Shown here: positions 1 to 9,159 of the stretch, one piece after another
How the letters are laid out: every line of letters starts with the position of its first letter
Position numbering within the stretch: position 1 is the stretch's first letter
Assembly (NCBI GenBank): GCA_964016885.1
Contig: OZ024742.1
Location: 1,984,001 to 2,048,000, forward strand
Direction of reading: 5' to 3'
DNA from: Eledone cirrhosa
Taxonomy: Eukaryota
Length of the DNA stretch: 64,000 nucleotides
Position numbers and translations under genes: made by a program
Notes under the pieces: model-generated
Told to the model about the DNA's origin: nothing
Seen by the model: only the letters and a program-made list of their open reading frames with translations
Database searches by the model: none

Positions 1-1500
1 TCTTCCTGTACCAAGAACTACCTGGTAGGTTGATCTTTTAGAAATAGCAGTCAAATACCCGTATTTACAACAGCTTCTTCTTGTACCAAGAACTAGCTGG
101 TAGGTTGATCTTTTAGAAATAGCAGTCAAATACCCACATTTACAACAGCTTCTTCTTGTACCAAGAACTACCTGGTAGGTTGATCTTTTAGAAATAGCAG
201 TCAAATACCCACATTTACAACAGCTTCTTCCTGTACCAAGAACTACCTGGTAGGTTGATCTTTTAGAAATAGCAGTCAAATACCCGCATTTACAACAGCT
301 TTTTCCTGTACCAAGAACTACCTGGTAGGTTGATCTTTTAGAAATAGCAGTCAAATACCCGCATTTAAAACAGCTTTTTCCTGTACCATGAACTACCTGG
401 TAGGTTGATCTTTTAGAAATAGCAGTCAAATACCCGCATTTACAACAGCTTTTTCCTGTAGCAAGAACTACCTGGTAGGTTGATCTTTTAGAAATAGCAG
501 TCAAATACCCGCATTTACAACAGCTTTTTCCTGTACCAAGAACTACCTGGTAGGTTGATCTTTTAGAAATAGCAGTCAAATACCCGCATTTACAACAGCT
601 TTTTCCTGTACCAAGAACTACCTGGTAGGTTGATCTTTTTGAAATAGCAGTCAAATACCCACATTTAATACAGCTTCTTCCTGTACCAAGAGCTACCTGG
701 TAGGTTGATCTTTTAGAAATAGCAGTCAAATACCCACATTTACAACAGCTTCTTCCTGTACCAAGAACTACCTGGTAGGTTGATCTTTTAGAAATAGCAG
801 TCAAATACCCGTATTTACAACAGCTTCTTCTTGTACCAAGAACTAGCTGGTAGGTTGATCTTTTAGAAATAGCAGTCAAATACCCACATTTACAACAGCT
901 TCTTCTTGTACCAAGAACTACCTGGTAGGTTGATCTTTTAGAAATAGCAGTCAAATACCCACATTTACAACAGCTTCTTCCTGTACCAAGAACTACCTGG
1001 TAGGTTGATCTTTTAGAAATAGCAGTCAAATACCCGCATTTACAACAGCTTTTTCCTGTACCAAGAACTACCTGGTAGGTTGATCTTTTAGAAATAGCAG
1101 TCAAATACCCGCATTTAAAACAGCTTTTTCCTGTACCATGAACTACCTGGTAGGTTGATCTTTTAGAAATAGCAGTCAAATACCCGCATTTACAACAGCT
1201 TTTTCCTGTAGCAAGAACTACCTGGTAGGTTGATCTTTTAGAAATAGCAGTCAAATACCCGCATTTACAACAGCTTTTTCCTGTACCAAGAACTACCTGG
1301 TAGGTTGATCTTTTAGAAATAGCAGTCAAATACCCGCATTTACAACAGCTTTTTCCTGTACCAAGAACTACCTGGTAGGTTGATCTTTTTGAAATAGCAG
1401 TCAAATACCCACATTTAATACAGCTTCTTCCTGTACCAAGAGCTACCTGGTAGGTTGATCTTTTAGAAATAGCAGTCAAATACCCACATTTACAACAGCT
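1..1500. repeat. Tandem duplication of a 10-monomer (750-bp) block
   Basis: Rare variants recur at exactly +750: gtatttac 61/811, gcatttaaaa 361/1111, acatttaata 661/1411, agagctacc ~690/1440. Confidence 0.92.
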
Positions 1501-4243
1501 ACTTCCTGAACCATGAACGACCTGGTAGGTTGATCTTTTAGAAATGGCAGTCAAATACCCACATATACAACAGCTTCTTCCTGTACCAAGAACTACCTGG
1601 TAGGTTGATCTTTTAGAAATGGCAGTCAAATACCCACATTTACAACAGCTTCTTGTACCAAGAACTAGCTGGTAGGTTGATCTTTTAGAAATAGCAGTCA
1701 AATACCCACATTTACAACAGCTTCTTCCTGTACCAAGAACTAGGTGGTAGGTTGATCTTTTAGAAATAGCAGTCAAATACCCACATTTACAACAGCTTCT
1801 TGTACCAAGAACTAGCTGGTAGGTTGATCTTTTAGAAATAGCAGTCAAATACCCACATTTACAACAGCTTCTTCCTGTACCAAGAACCACCTGGTAGGTC
1901 GATCTTTTAGAAATAGCAGTCAAATACCCACATTTACAACAGCTTCTTCCTGTACCAAGAACCACCTGGTAGGTTGATCTTTTAGAAATAGCAGTCAAAT
2001 ACCCGCATTTACAACAGCTTCTTCCTGTACCAAGAACCACCTGGTAGGTTGATCTTTTAGAAATAGCAGTCAAATACCCACATTTACAACAGCTTCTTCC
2101 TGTACCAAGAACCACCTGGTAGTTTGATCTTTTAGAAATAGCAGTCAAATACCCGCATTTACAACAGCTTCTTTCTGTACCAAGAACCACCTGGTAGGTT
2201 GATCTTTTAGAAATAGCAGTCAAATACCCACATTTACAACAGCTTCTTCCTGTACCAAGAACCACCTGGTAGGTTGATCTTTTAGAAATAGCAGTCAAAT
2301 ACCCGCATTTACAACAGCTTCTTCCTGTACCAAGAACCACCTGGTAGGTTGATCTTTTAGAAATAGCAGTCAAATACCCGCATTTACAACAGCTTCTTCC
2401 TGTACCAAGAACCACCTGGTAGGTTGATCTTTTAGAAATAGCAGTCAAATACCCGCATTTACAACAGCTTCTTCCTGTACCAAGAACCACCTGGTAGGTT
2501 GATCTTTCAGAAATAGCAGTCAAATACCCGCATTTACAACAGCTTCTTCCTATACCAAGAACCACCTGGTAGGTTGATCTTTCAGAAATAGCAGTCAAAT
2601 ACCCGCATTTACAACAGCTTCTTCCTGTACCAAGAACCACCTGGTAGGTTGATCTTTCAGAAATAGCAGTCAAATACCCGCATTTACAACAGCTCCTTCC
2701 TGTACCAAGAACTAGCTGGTAGATTGATCTTTTAGAAATAGCAGTCAAATACCCTCACTTACAACAGCTTCTTCCTGTACCAAGAACTAGCTGGCAGATT
2801 GATCTTTTAGAAATAGCAGTCAAATACCCACATTTACAACAGCTTCTTCCTGTACCAAGAACTAGCTGGTAGATTGATCTTTTAGAAATAGCAGTCAAAT
2901 ACCCGTATTTACAACAGCTTCTTCCTGTACCAAGAACTAGCTGGTAGATTGATCTTTTTGAAATAGCAGTCAAATACCCGCATTTACAACAGCTTCTTCC
3001 TGTACCAAGAACTAGCTGGTAGATTGATCTTTTAGAAATGGCAGTCAAATACCCACACTTACAACAGCTTCTTCCTGTACCAAGAACTACCTGGTAGATT
3101 GATCTTTTAGAAATAGCAGTCAAATACCCGCATTTACAACAGCTTCTTCCTGTACCAAGAACTACCTGGTAGATTGATCTTTTAGAAATAGCAGTCAAAT
3201 ACCCGCATTTACAACAGCTTCTTCCTGTACCAAGAACTAGCTGGTAGGTTGATCTTTTAGAAATAGCAGTCAAATACCCACATTTACAACAGCTTCTTCC
3301 TGTACCAAGAACTAGCTGGTAGGTTGATCTTTTAGAAATAGCAGTCAAATACCCACATTTACAACAGCTTCTTCCTGTACCAAGAACTAGCTGGTAGGTT
3401 GATCTTTTTGAAATAGCAGTCAAATACCCACATTTACAACAGCTTCTTCCTGTACCAAGAACTAGCTGGTTGGTTGATCTTTTAGAAATAGCAGTCAAAT
3501 ACCCACATTTACAACAGCTTCTTCCTGTACCAAGAACTAGCTGGTTGGTTGATCTTTTAGAAATAGCAGTCAAATACCCACATTTACAACAGCTTCTTCC
3601 TGTACCAAGAACTAGCTGGTAGGTTGATCTTTTAGAAATAGCAGTCAAATACCCACATTTACAACAGCTTCTTCCTGTACCAAGAACTAGCTGGTTGGTT
3701 GATCTTTTAGAAATAGCAGTCAAATACCCACATTTACAACAGCTTCTTCCTGTACCAAGAACTAGCTGGTTGGTTGATCTTTTAGAAATAGCAGTCAAAT
3801 ACCCACATTTACAACAGCTTCTTCCTGTACTAAGAACTAGCTGGTAGGTTGATCTTTTAGAAATAGCAGTCAAATACCCACATTTACAACAGCTTCTTCT
3901 TGTACCAAGAACTACCTGGTAGGTTGATCTTTTAGAAACAGCAGTCAAATACCCACATTTACAACAGCTTCTTCCTTTAGTACAAACTACCTGGTGGGTT
4001 GATCTTTTAGAAATAGCAGTCAAATACCCACATTTACAACTGCTTCTTCTTGTACCAAGAACTAGGTGGTAGGTTGATCTTTTAGAAATAGCAGTCAAAT
4101 ACCCGCATTTACAACAGCTTCTTCTTGTACCAAGAACTACCTGGTAGGTTGATCTTTTAGAAATAGCAGTCAAACACCCAGATTTACAACAGCTTCTTCC
4201 TGTACCAAGAACTAGCTGGTAGGTTGATGTTTTAGAAATAGCA

Positions 4244-4248
4244 GTCAA
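4244..4248 (+). repeat. Target-site duplication GTCAA, left copy
   Basis: The left flank ends gcaGTCAA and the right flank restarts GTCAAataccc at 7186. An intact monomer junction contains GTCAA only once. Confidence 0.8.
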
Positions 4249-4276
4249 TATAATATAATAATAATAATATAATAAT
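4249..4276 (-). repeat. LINE 3' microsatellite tail, mixed (ATT)n/(ATTAT)n
   Basis: The + strand reads tataatataataataataatataataat between the TSD and the 3' UTR. Short tandem-repeat tails are typical of CR1/L2 clade elements. Confidence 0.85.
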
Positions 4277-4286
4277 GAAATTATTG

Positions 4287-4310
4287 TGTAAAGTGCTCAG
4301 GTGCACTACA
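4287..4310 (-). other. Putative 3' UTR stem-loop (RT recognition element)
   Basis: The element strand reads TGT-AGTGC-ACCTGA-GCACT-TT-ACA: a 5-bp stem with a 6-nt loop, extended by 3 bp past a 2-nt bulge, about 10 nt upstream of the tail. This is the position of the 3' stem-loops of L2/CR1 elements such as UnaL2. Confidence 0.55.
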
Positions 4311-4371
4311 AATCGTCAATATAGTACATAGAATAATACACAAATGCCAGGGAAGTACATGTTTGTATGTG

Positions 4372-7131
4372 TTAGCTGTAGTGTTGGCGGATCTCGGGAA
4401 GCATGGAGGCCTTAAAGGATGCAGTGTCTCGACAGCTAACAACTGATGCAGGTAGTTTGTTCCATGCTTCAGCAACTCTGAGCGTGAAAAAATGTTTCCG
4501 AAAGTCATGGGAACTGTGCTGTTTTCTTACTTTGTGGGCATGTCCACGTGTGTTAGACACATGGAAATCGAAAAGGCACTCAGGGTTGTTGTTGGCAACA
4601 TGGTTAACAATTTTGTGGGTGTTTACCAAGTCAGTTGCCAGGCGTCGGAGCTTCAATGAATCCATGCCCAGGGAAGCAAGGCGCTCAGAGTATGGTAGAT
4701 GCCTGATGGAGGGTATTCGCTTGGTTGCACGTCTCTGAACAGTTTCCAGGCGGTCAACGTCCTGAGCAAGATAGGGGTTCCAGACTGGTGATGCAAATTC
4801 TAAGTGTGGTTGCACCATAGCTGTATACAGCCTTAAATAGATATCTGGAGAGCGGCTGACAAAGGTCTTGCTGAGTGATGCTAAGACACCCTCGGCCCTC
4901 TTGACAATTTTAGAGACGTGCCTCGTCCAACGCAAATCGCTGCTGACCGTAATGCCCAGGTCACGTTCACAGGAAGACTTCTTGATATTAGTGCTGTGGA
5001 GGGAGTATGTGGACGCTGGGTTTTTACTCCCAAAATGCATGGTGGTGCACTTGTCCACAGCTAGCTTGAGTTGCCAGTTTGAGATCCACTGTTGCATTGT
5101 GTCCAGGTCAGACTGCAAGCAAGATCTATAGTGTTCAGGATCTGTCCTTTTTATCTCAAGGTACAGCTTGATGTCGTCTGCGTACTTTAGTACTGTGGCA
5201 TTCCTTAAGTTGGCATCTATGTCATTAATATATGCCACAAACAAAAGGGGGCCAAGAACAGATCCCTGAGGTACACCAGATGACATCTCATATGGTGAGG
5301 AATGCTGTCCCAGAACCGTGACTACCTCTCTTCGACTGAGAATGAAGGACTTCAACCAGTTAAAAAGATCATCCTTCACACCCATTGCAGAGAGTTTTGC
5401 CATAAGCCTTTTGTGTGGCACAGAATTGAAGGCCTTCGCAAAGTCAAGGTAAACAACATCCACCCATGAGCCGCCATCAGTGATCCGGGTGATGTCCTCA
5501 AGAAACTCTATAAGTTGATCACAGCAGCTGGAGTTGGGGATAAATCCAAATTGCGAGGGCCGGATAAGACTGTGAGAGTTCCAGAAGTTCCAAAGTGTTT
5601 CTCTGACACAGGATTCCATCAGTTTGGCGATGCAACTAGTAAGACTGACCGGACGATAGTTCACAGGTGATGTGCGGTCACCCTTTTTGAACAGAGGAAT
5701 TACACTGGCAGTTTTCCACTGTTCTGGAGTATCACTGTTGTTCAGACAGAATTGGAAGAAGCGTGATAACTGGTGTAGAAGGAAGTACCCACCACGTTTA
5801 AGAAGCAGGTACGTAACACCATCAAGACCAGGAGAGGCATGGTTGCGTTTATTTTTTAGGTGACGTCGCAGCATTGCAGGTGTAAATTCCATGGTTGTAA
5901 TAGAGTCCGGTGTCTTAGGTGGTGGAGACGGTACATTCTGGTCTTCAATGGTGAAAATGCCTGCAGAGCATTCAGCAATGAGCTCTGCGCATTCCTTGGG
6001 GTCGTCAGTAACCTGGCTTGTGTGGGGATTGCGAAGAGGACCAACTGGAGAGTGAGGCCTCTGCTTTGAGTGAACATACTTCCAGAACACCTTACTGTCA
6101 GGGCTGGTTGCTATGCGCTGCTCAAATTGAAGCACTGCCTTTTTTGTCACCTGTTTGAGGTGGTTGGACGATCTATTTCGCCTCTTCCTATTAATGTCTG
6201 ATTTGTGAAGTTTGTACTCACGTTCAGCATTGCGCCGTTCTTTTCTGGCAAGACGGACTGCTGCAGTCTCCCAAATTGCGCTTTTAGGATGTTTTTTCCG
6301 CTTACGTGGCACCGATGCTGCACATGCTGTCCATATTGAGCTCAGGATGTTCTGGAGTACAGTGTTGACATCTCCAGAGTCATAGAACTCAAGCCAGTTT
6401 GGCCGTTGCAACTCGGTGCAGTAACAGTTCCAGTCTGCTTTATTCCAGTCAAAGTGAGCAGTTTGGAGATGGTTGTGGTTCTTGTTACTGCCCATGAGGG
6501 ATAGATTGGCAATGATCATAGCATGATCAGAGTCACCTAAAGGTTCCTCAGCAGTAACACTAATGACCGTTTCAGGAGTAGTGGTGAAGAGTAGGTCCAA
6601 AGTGTTGTCACCTCTCGTTGGGGAGGTGACCACCTGGGACCAACTCGAGTCCAGCACCAGCTCAAGGAAGTCATTTGCACTTGGCGGCCAACGAAAGGTC
6701 TCCCAGTCAATCTCAGGGTGATTGAAGTCACCTGCAATGAAAACATAAGTGGCTGTCTTCCTGGCAGCAGCTCTGAGGATATCACAAAGTTGAGTGTCCT
6801 GATGGTAATTTGGGGGACGGTAAACGACTCCAAGTAGCAGTGTTGACATGGTCATACGTATATCGCAGAAAAAAACTTCCTGCTGTGATTGGTTCAAATC
6901 AGCACAAGGAATTGCCGACAGATTTGACCGAACGTAGACCATTACACCACCACCACGACGATTAATACGGTCTTTACGAAACAGGTTGTAGCCAGTCATG
7001 CTGAAAACCCCATCACAGAGTAAGGGATGTTCCCAAGTTTCCGTGACTGTAATGAAGTCCGGGTTGATACTTTTGACGTAGGAGTCAAAAAGATGAATCT
7101 TATTGCATAGACTACGTGCATTCAAGGACAA
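4372..7131 (-). CDS. LINE ORF2: apurinic-like endonuclease + reverse transcriptase (919 aa from a TTG codon; frame open from 7137)
   Basis: EN motifs: SLNARSL, ITVTETW, RKDR..RGGGV, VYRPP, AGDFN, TLDLLF, SDH. RT motifs: SPGLDG, PLFKKG, NYRPVSLTS, QFGF, YLDFAKAF, GVPQGSVLGPLLF, YADD, ERDLGI. No internal stop or frameshift. TAA at 4372-4374. Confidence 0.96.
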   Translation of the reverse strand: MSLNARSLCNKIHLFDSYVKSINPDFITVTETWEHPLLCDGVFSMTGYNLFRKDRINRRGGGVMVYVRSNLSAIPCADLNQSQQEVFFCDIRMTMSTLLLGVVYRPPNYHQDTQLCDILRAAARKTATYVFIAGDFNHPEIDWETFRWPPSANDFLELVLDSSWSQVVTSPTRGDNTLDLLFTTTPETVISVTAEEPLGDSDHAMIIANLSLMGSNKNHNHLQTAHFDWNKADWNCYCTELQRPNWLEFYDSGDVNTVLQNILSSIWTACAASVPRKRKKHPKSAIWETAAVRLARKERRNAEREYKLHKSDINRKRRNRSSNHLKQVTKKAVLQFEQRIATSPDSKVFWKYVHSKQRPHSPVGPLRNPHTSQVTDDPKECAELIAECSAGIFTIEDQNVPSPPPKTPDSITTMEFTPAMLRRHLKNKRNHASPGLDGVTYLLLKRGGYFLLHQLSRFFQFCLNNSDTPEQWKTASVIPLFKKGDRTSPVNYRPVSLTSCIAKLMESCVRETLWNFWNSHSLIRPSQFGFIPNSSCCDQLIEFLEDITRITDGGSWVDVVYLDFAKAFNSVPHKRLMAKLSAMGVKDDLFNWLKSFILSRREVVTVLGQHSSPYEMSSGVPQGSVLGPLLFVAYINDIDANLRNATVLKYADDIKLYLEIKRTDPEHYRSCLQSDLDTMQQWISNWQLKLAVDKCTTMHFGSKNPASTYSLHSTNIKKSSCERDLGITVSSDLRWTRHVSKIVKRAEGVLASLSKTFVSRSPDIYLRLYTAMVQPHLEFASPVWNPYLAQDVDRLETVQRRATKRIPSIRHLPYSERLASLGMDSLKLRRLATDLVNTHKIVNHVANNNPECLFDFHVSNTRGHAHKVRKQHSSHDFRKHFFTLRVAEAWNKLPASVVSCRDTASFKASMLPEIRQHYS

Positions 7132-7137
7132 CAGTTT

Positions 7138-7185
7138 CTACTTTGATTCCAGTCTATGATTATGTGCAGGGGATGGCAGGTTGTT
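7138..7185 (-). pseudogene. Probable 3' remnant of LINE ORF1 (NNLPSPAHNHRLESK*), in frame with ORF2
   Basis: 15 open codons run from the 5' junction to a TAG at 7140-7138, followed directly by K-L-L-S-L-N-A-R-S of ORF2. Too short to confirm by homology. Confidence 0.4.
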
Positions 7186-7190
7186 GTCAA
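7186..7190 (+). repeat. Target-site duplication GTCAA, right copy
   Basis: The element 5' end reads ...gcaggttgtt|GTCAAatacccac, and the satellite register resumes here. Confidence 0.8.
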
Positions 7191-7909
7191 ATACCCACAT
7201 TTACAACAACTTCTTCCTGAACCATGAACGACCTGGTAGGTTGATCTTTTAGATATGGCAGTCAAATACCCACATTTACAACAACTTCTTCCTGAACCAT
7301 GAACGACCTGGTAGGTTGATCTTTTAGATATGGCAGTCAAATACCCACATTTACAACAGCTTCTTCTTGTACCAAGAACTAGCTGGTAGGTTGATCTTTT
7401 AGAAATAACAGTCAAATACCCACATTTACAACAGCTTCTTCCTGTACCAAGAACTAGCTGGTAGGTTGATCTTTTAGAAATAGCAGTCAAATACCCACAT
7501 TTACAACAACTTCTTCCTGAACCATGAAAGACCTGGTAGGTTGATCTTTTAGAAATAGCAGTCAAATACCCACATTTACAACAGCTTCTTCTTGTACCAA
7601 GAACTAGATGGTTGGTTGATCTTTTTGAAATAGCAGGCAAATACCCACATTTACAACAGCTTCTTCTTGTACCAAGAACTAGCTGGTAGGTTGATCTTTT
7701 AGAAATAACAGTCAAATACCCACATTTACAACAGCTTCTTCCTGTACCAAGAACTACCTGGTAGGTTGATCTTTTAGAAATAGCAGTCAAATACCCACAT
7801 TTACAACAGCTTCTTCCTGTACCAAGAACTAGCTGGTAGGTTCATCTTTTAGAAATAGCAGTCAAATAACCTCATTTACAACAGCTTCGTCCTGTAGTAC
7901 AAACCACCT

Positions 7910-9159
7910 GGTAGGTTGATCTTTTAGAAATAGCAGTCAAATACCCACATTTACAACAACTTCTTCCTGAACCATGAACTACCTGGTAGGTTGATCTTTT
8001 AGAAATAGCAGTCAAATACCCACATTTACAACAGCTTTTTCTTGTACCAAGAACTAGCTGGTAGGTTGATCTTTTAGAAATAGCAGTCAAATACCCACAT
8101 TTACAACAGCTTCTTCCTGTACCAAGAACTAGCTGGTAGGTTGATCTTTTAGAAATAGCAGTCAAATACCCACATTTACAACAGCTTCTTCCTGTACCAA
8201 GAACTAGCTGGTAGGTTGATCTTTTAGAAATAGCAGTCAAATACCCTCATTTACAACAGCTTCGTCCTGTAGTACAAACCACCTGGTAGGTTGATCTTTT
8301 AGAAATAGCAGTCAAATACCCACATTTACAACAGCTTCTTCCTGTACCAAGAACTAGCTGTTAGGTTGATCTTTTAGAAATAGCAGTCAAATACCCACAT
8401 TTACAACAACTTCTTCCTGAACCATGAACTACCTGGTAGGTTGATCTTTTAGAAATAGCAGTCAAATACCCACATTTACAACAGCTTCTTCCTGTACCAA
8501 GAACTAGCTGGTAGGTTGATCTTTTAGAAATAGCAGTCAAATACCCACATTTACAACAACTTCTTCCTGAACCATGAACTACCTGGTAGGTTGATCTTTT
8601 AGAAATAGCAGTCAAATACCCACATTTACAACAGCTTTTTCTTGTACCAAGAACTAGCTGGTAGGTTGATCTTTTAGAAATAGCAGTCAAATACCCACAT
8701 TTACAACAGCTTCTTCCTGTACCAAGAACTAGCTGGTAGGTTGATCTTTTAGAAATAGCAGTCAAATACCCACATTTACAACAGCTTCTTCCTGTACCAA
8801 GAACTAGCTGGTAGGTTGATCTTTTAGAAATAGCAGTCAAATACCCTCATTTACAACAGCTTCGTCCTGTAGTACAAACCACCTGGTAGGTTGATCTTTT
8901 AGAAATAGCAGTCAAATACCCACATTTACAACAGCTTCTTCCTGTACCAAGAACTAGCTGTTAGGTTGATCTTTTAGAAATAGCAGTCAAATACCCACAT
9001 TTACAACAACTTCTTCCTGAACCATGAACTACCTGGTAGGTTGATCTTTTAGAAATAGCAGTCAAATACCCACATTTACAACAGCTTCTTCCTGTACCAA
9101 GAACTAGCTGGTAGGTTGATCTTTTAGAAATAGCAGTCAAATACCCACATTTACAACAG
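7910..9159. repeat. Tandem duplication of an 8-monomer (600-bp) block
   Basis: Markers recur at +600: acagcttttt 8031/8631, ataccctcat 8241/8841, ttaggttgat 8361/8961. Confidence 0.9.

Larger units (their letters stand above)
1..4248. repeat. 75-bp tandem satellite array, left segment (~57 monomers; continues beyond window start)
   Basis: GTCAAATACC recurs every 75 bp (72 bp where one CTT-like triplet is lost), always in the same orientation. The array ends at ...GCAGTCAA (4248), where the AT-rich LINE tail starts. Confidence 0.99.
4249..7185 (-). mobile_element. 5'-truncated non-LTR retrotransposon (LINE), CR1 group (CR1/L2-like)
   Basis: APE+RT ORF2 with no RNase H and no C-terminal CCHC finger. 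CR1-type C-terminus (RKHFFTLRVAEAWNKLP), ~95-nt 3' UTR, short-repeat tail instead of poly(A), 5-bp TSD. Only 48 nt remain upstream of ORF2. Confidence 0.95.

Noticed and set aside
4281-6833. Short ORFs overlapping the LINE (4281-4508, 4403-4738, 4868-5131, 5672-5863, 5856-6077, 5860-6069, 6537-6833)
   Set aside because: They are alternative-frame or antisense shadows of ORF2 with no recognisable motifs.
4372-7131. Diversity-generating retroelement, retron, group II intron or telomerase-like RT generating the repeat
   Set aside because: The domain order (APE then RT), CR1-type motifs, tail and TSD identify an ordinary LINE inserted into a pre-existing array. The variants are not adenine-specific, and the element contains no template for the monomer.
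7186-7260. Satellite-encoded hammerhead ribozyme (as in newt, schistosome or cricket satellites)
   Set aside because: I found no CUGANGA core with a correctly placed GAAA on either strand of the consensus or the common variants.
7122-7790. Satellite-frame ORF acting as ORF1 of the LINE or fused to ORF2
   Set aside because: It is satellite sequence outside the TSD, reads in a different frame from ORF2 and stops at 7122. The following ATG (TGA-ATG) is also out of frame with ORF2.
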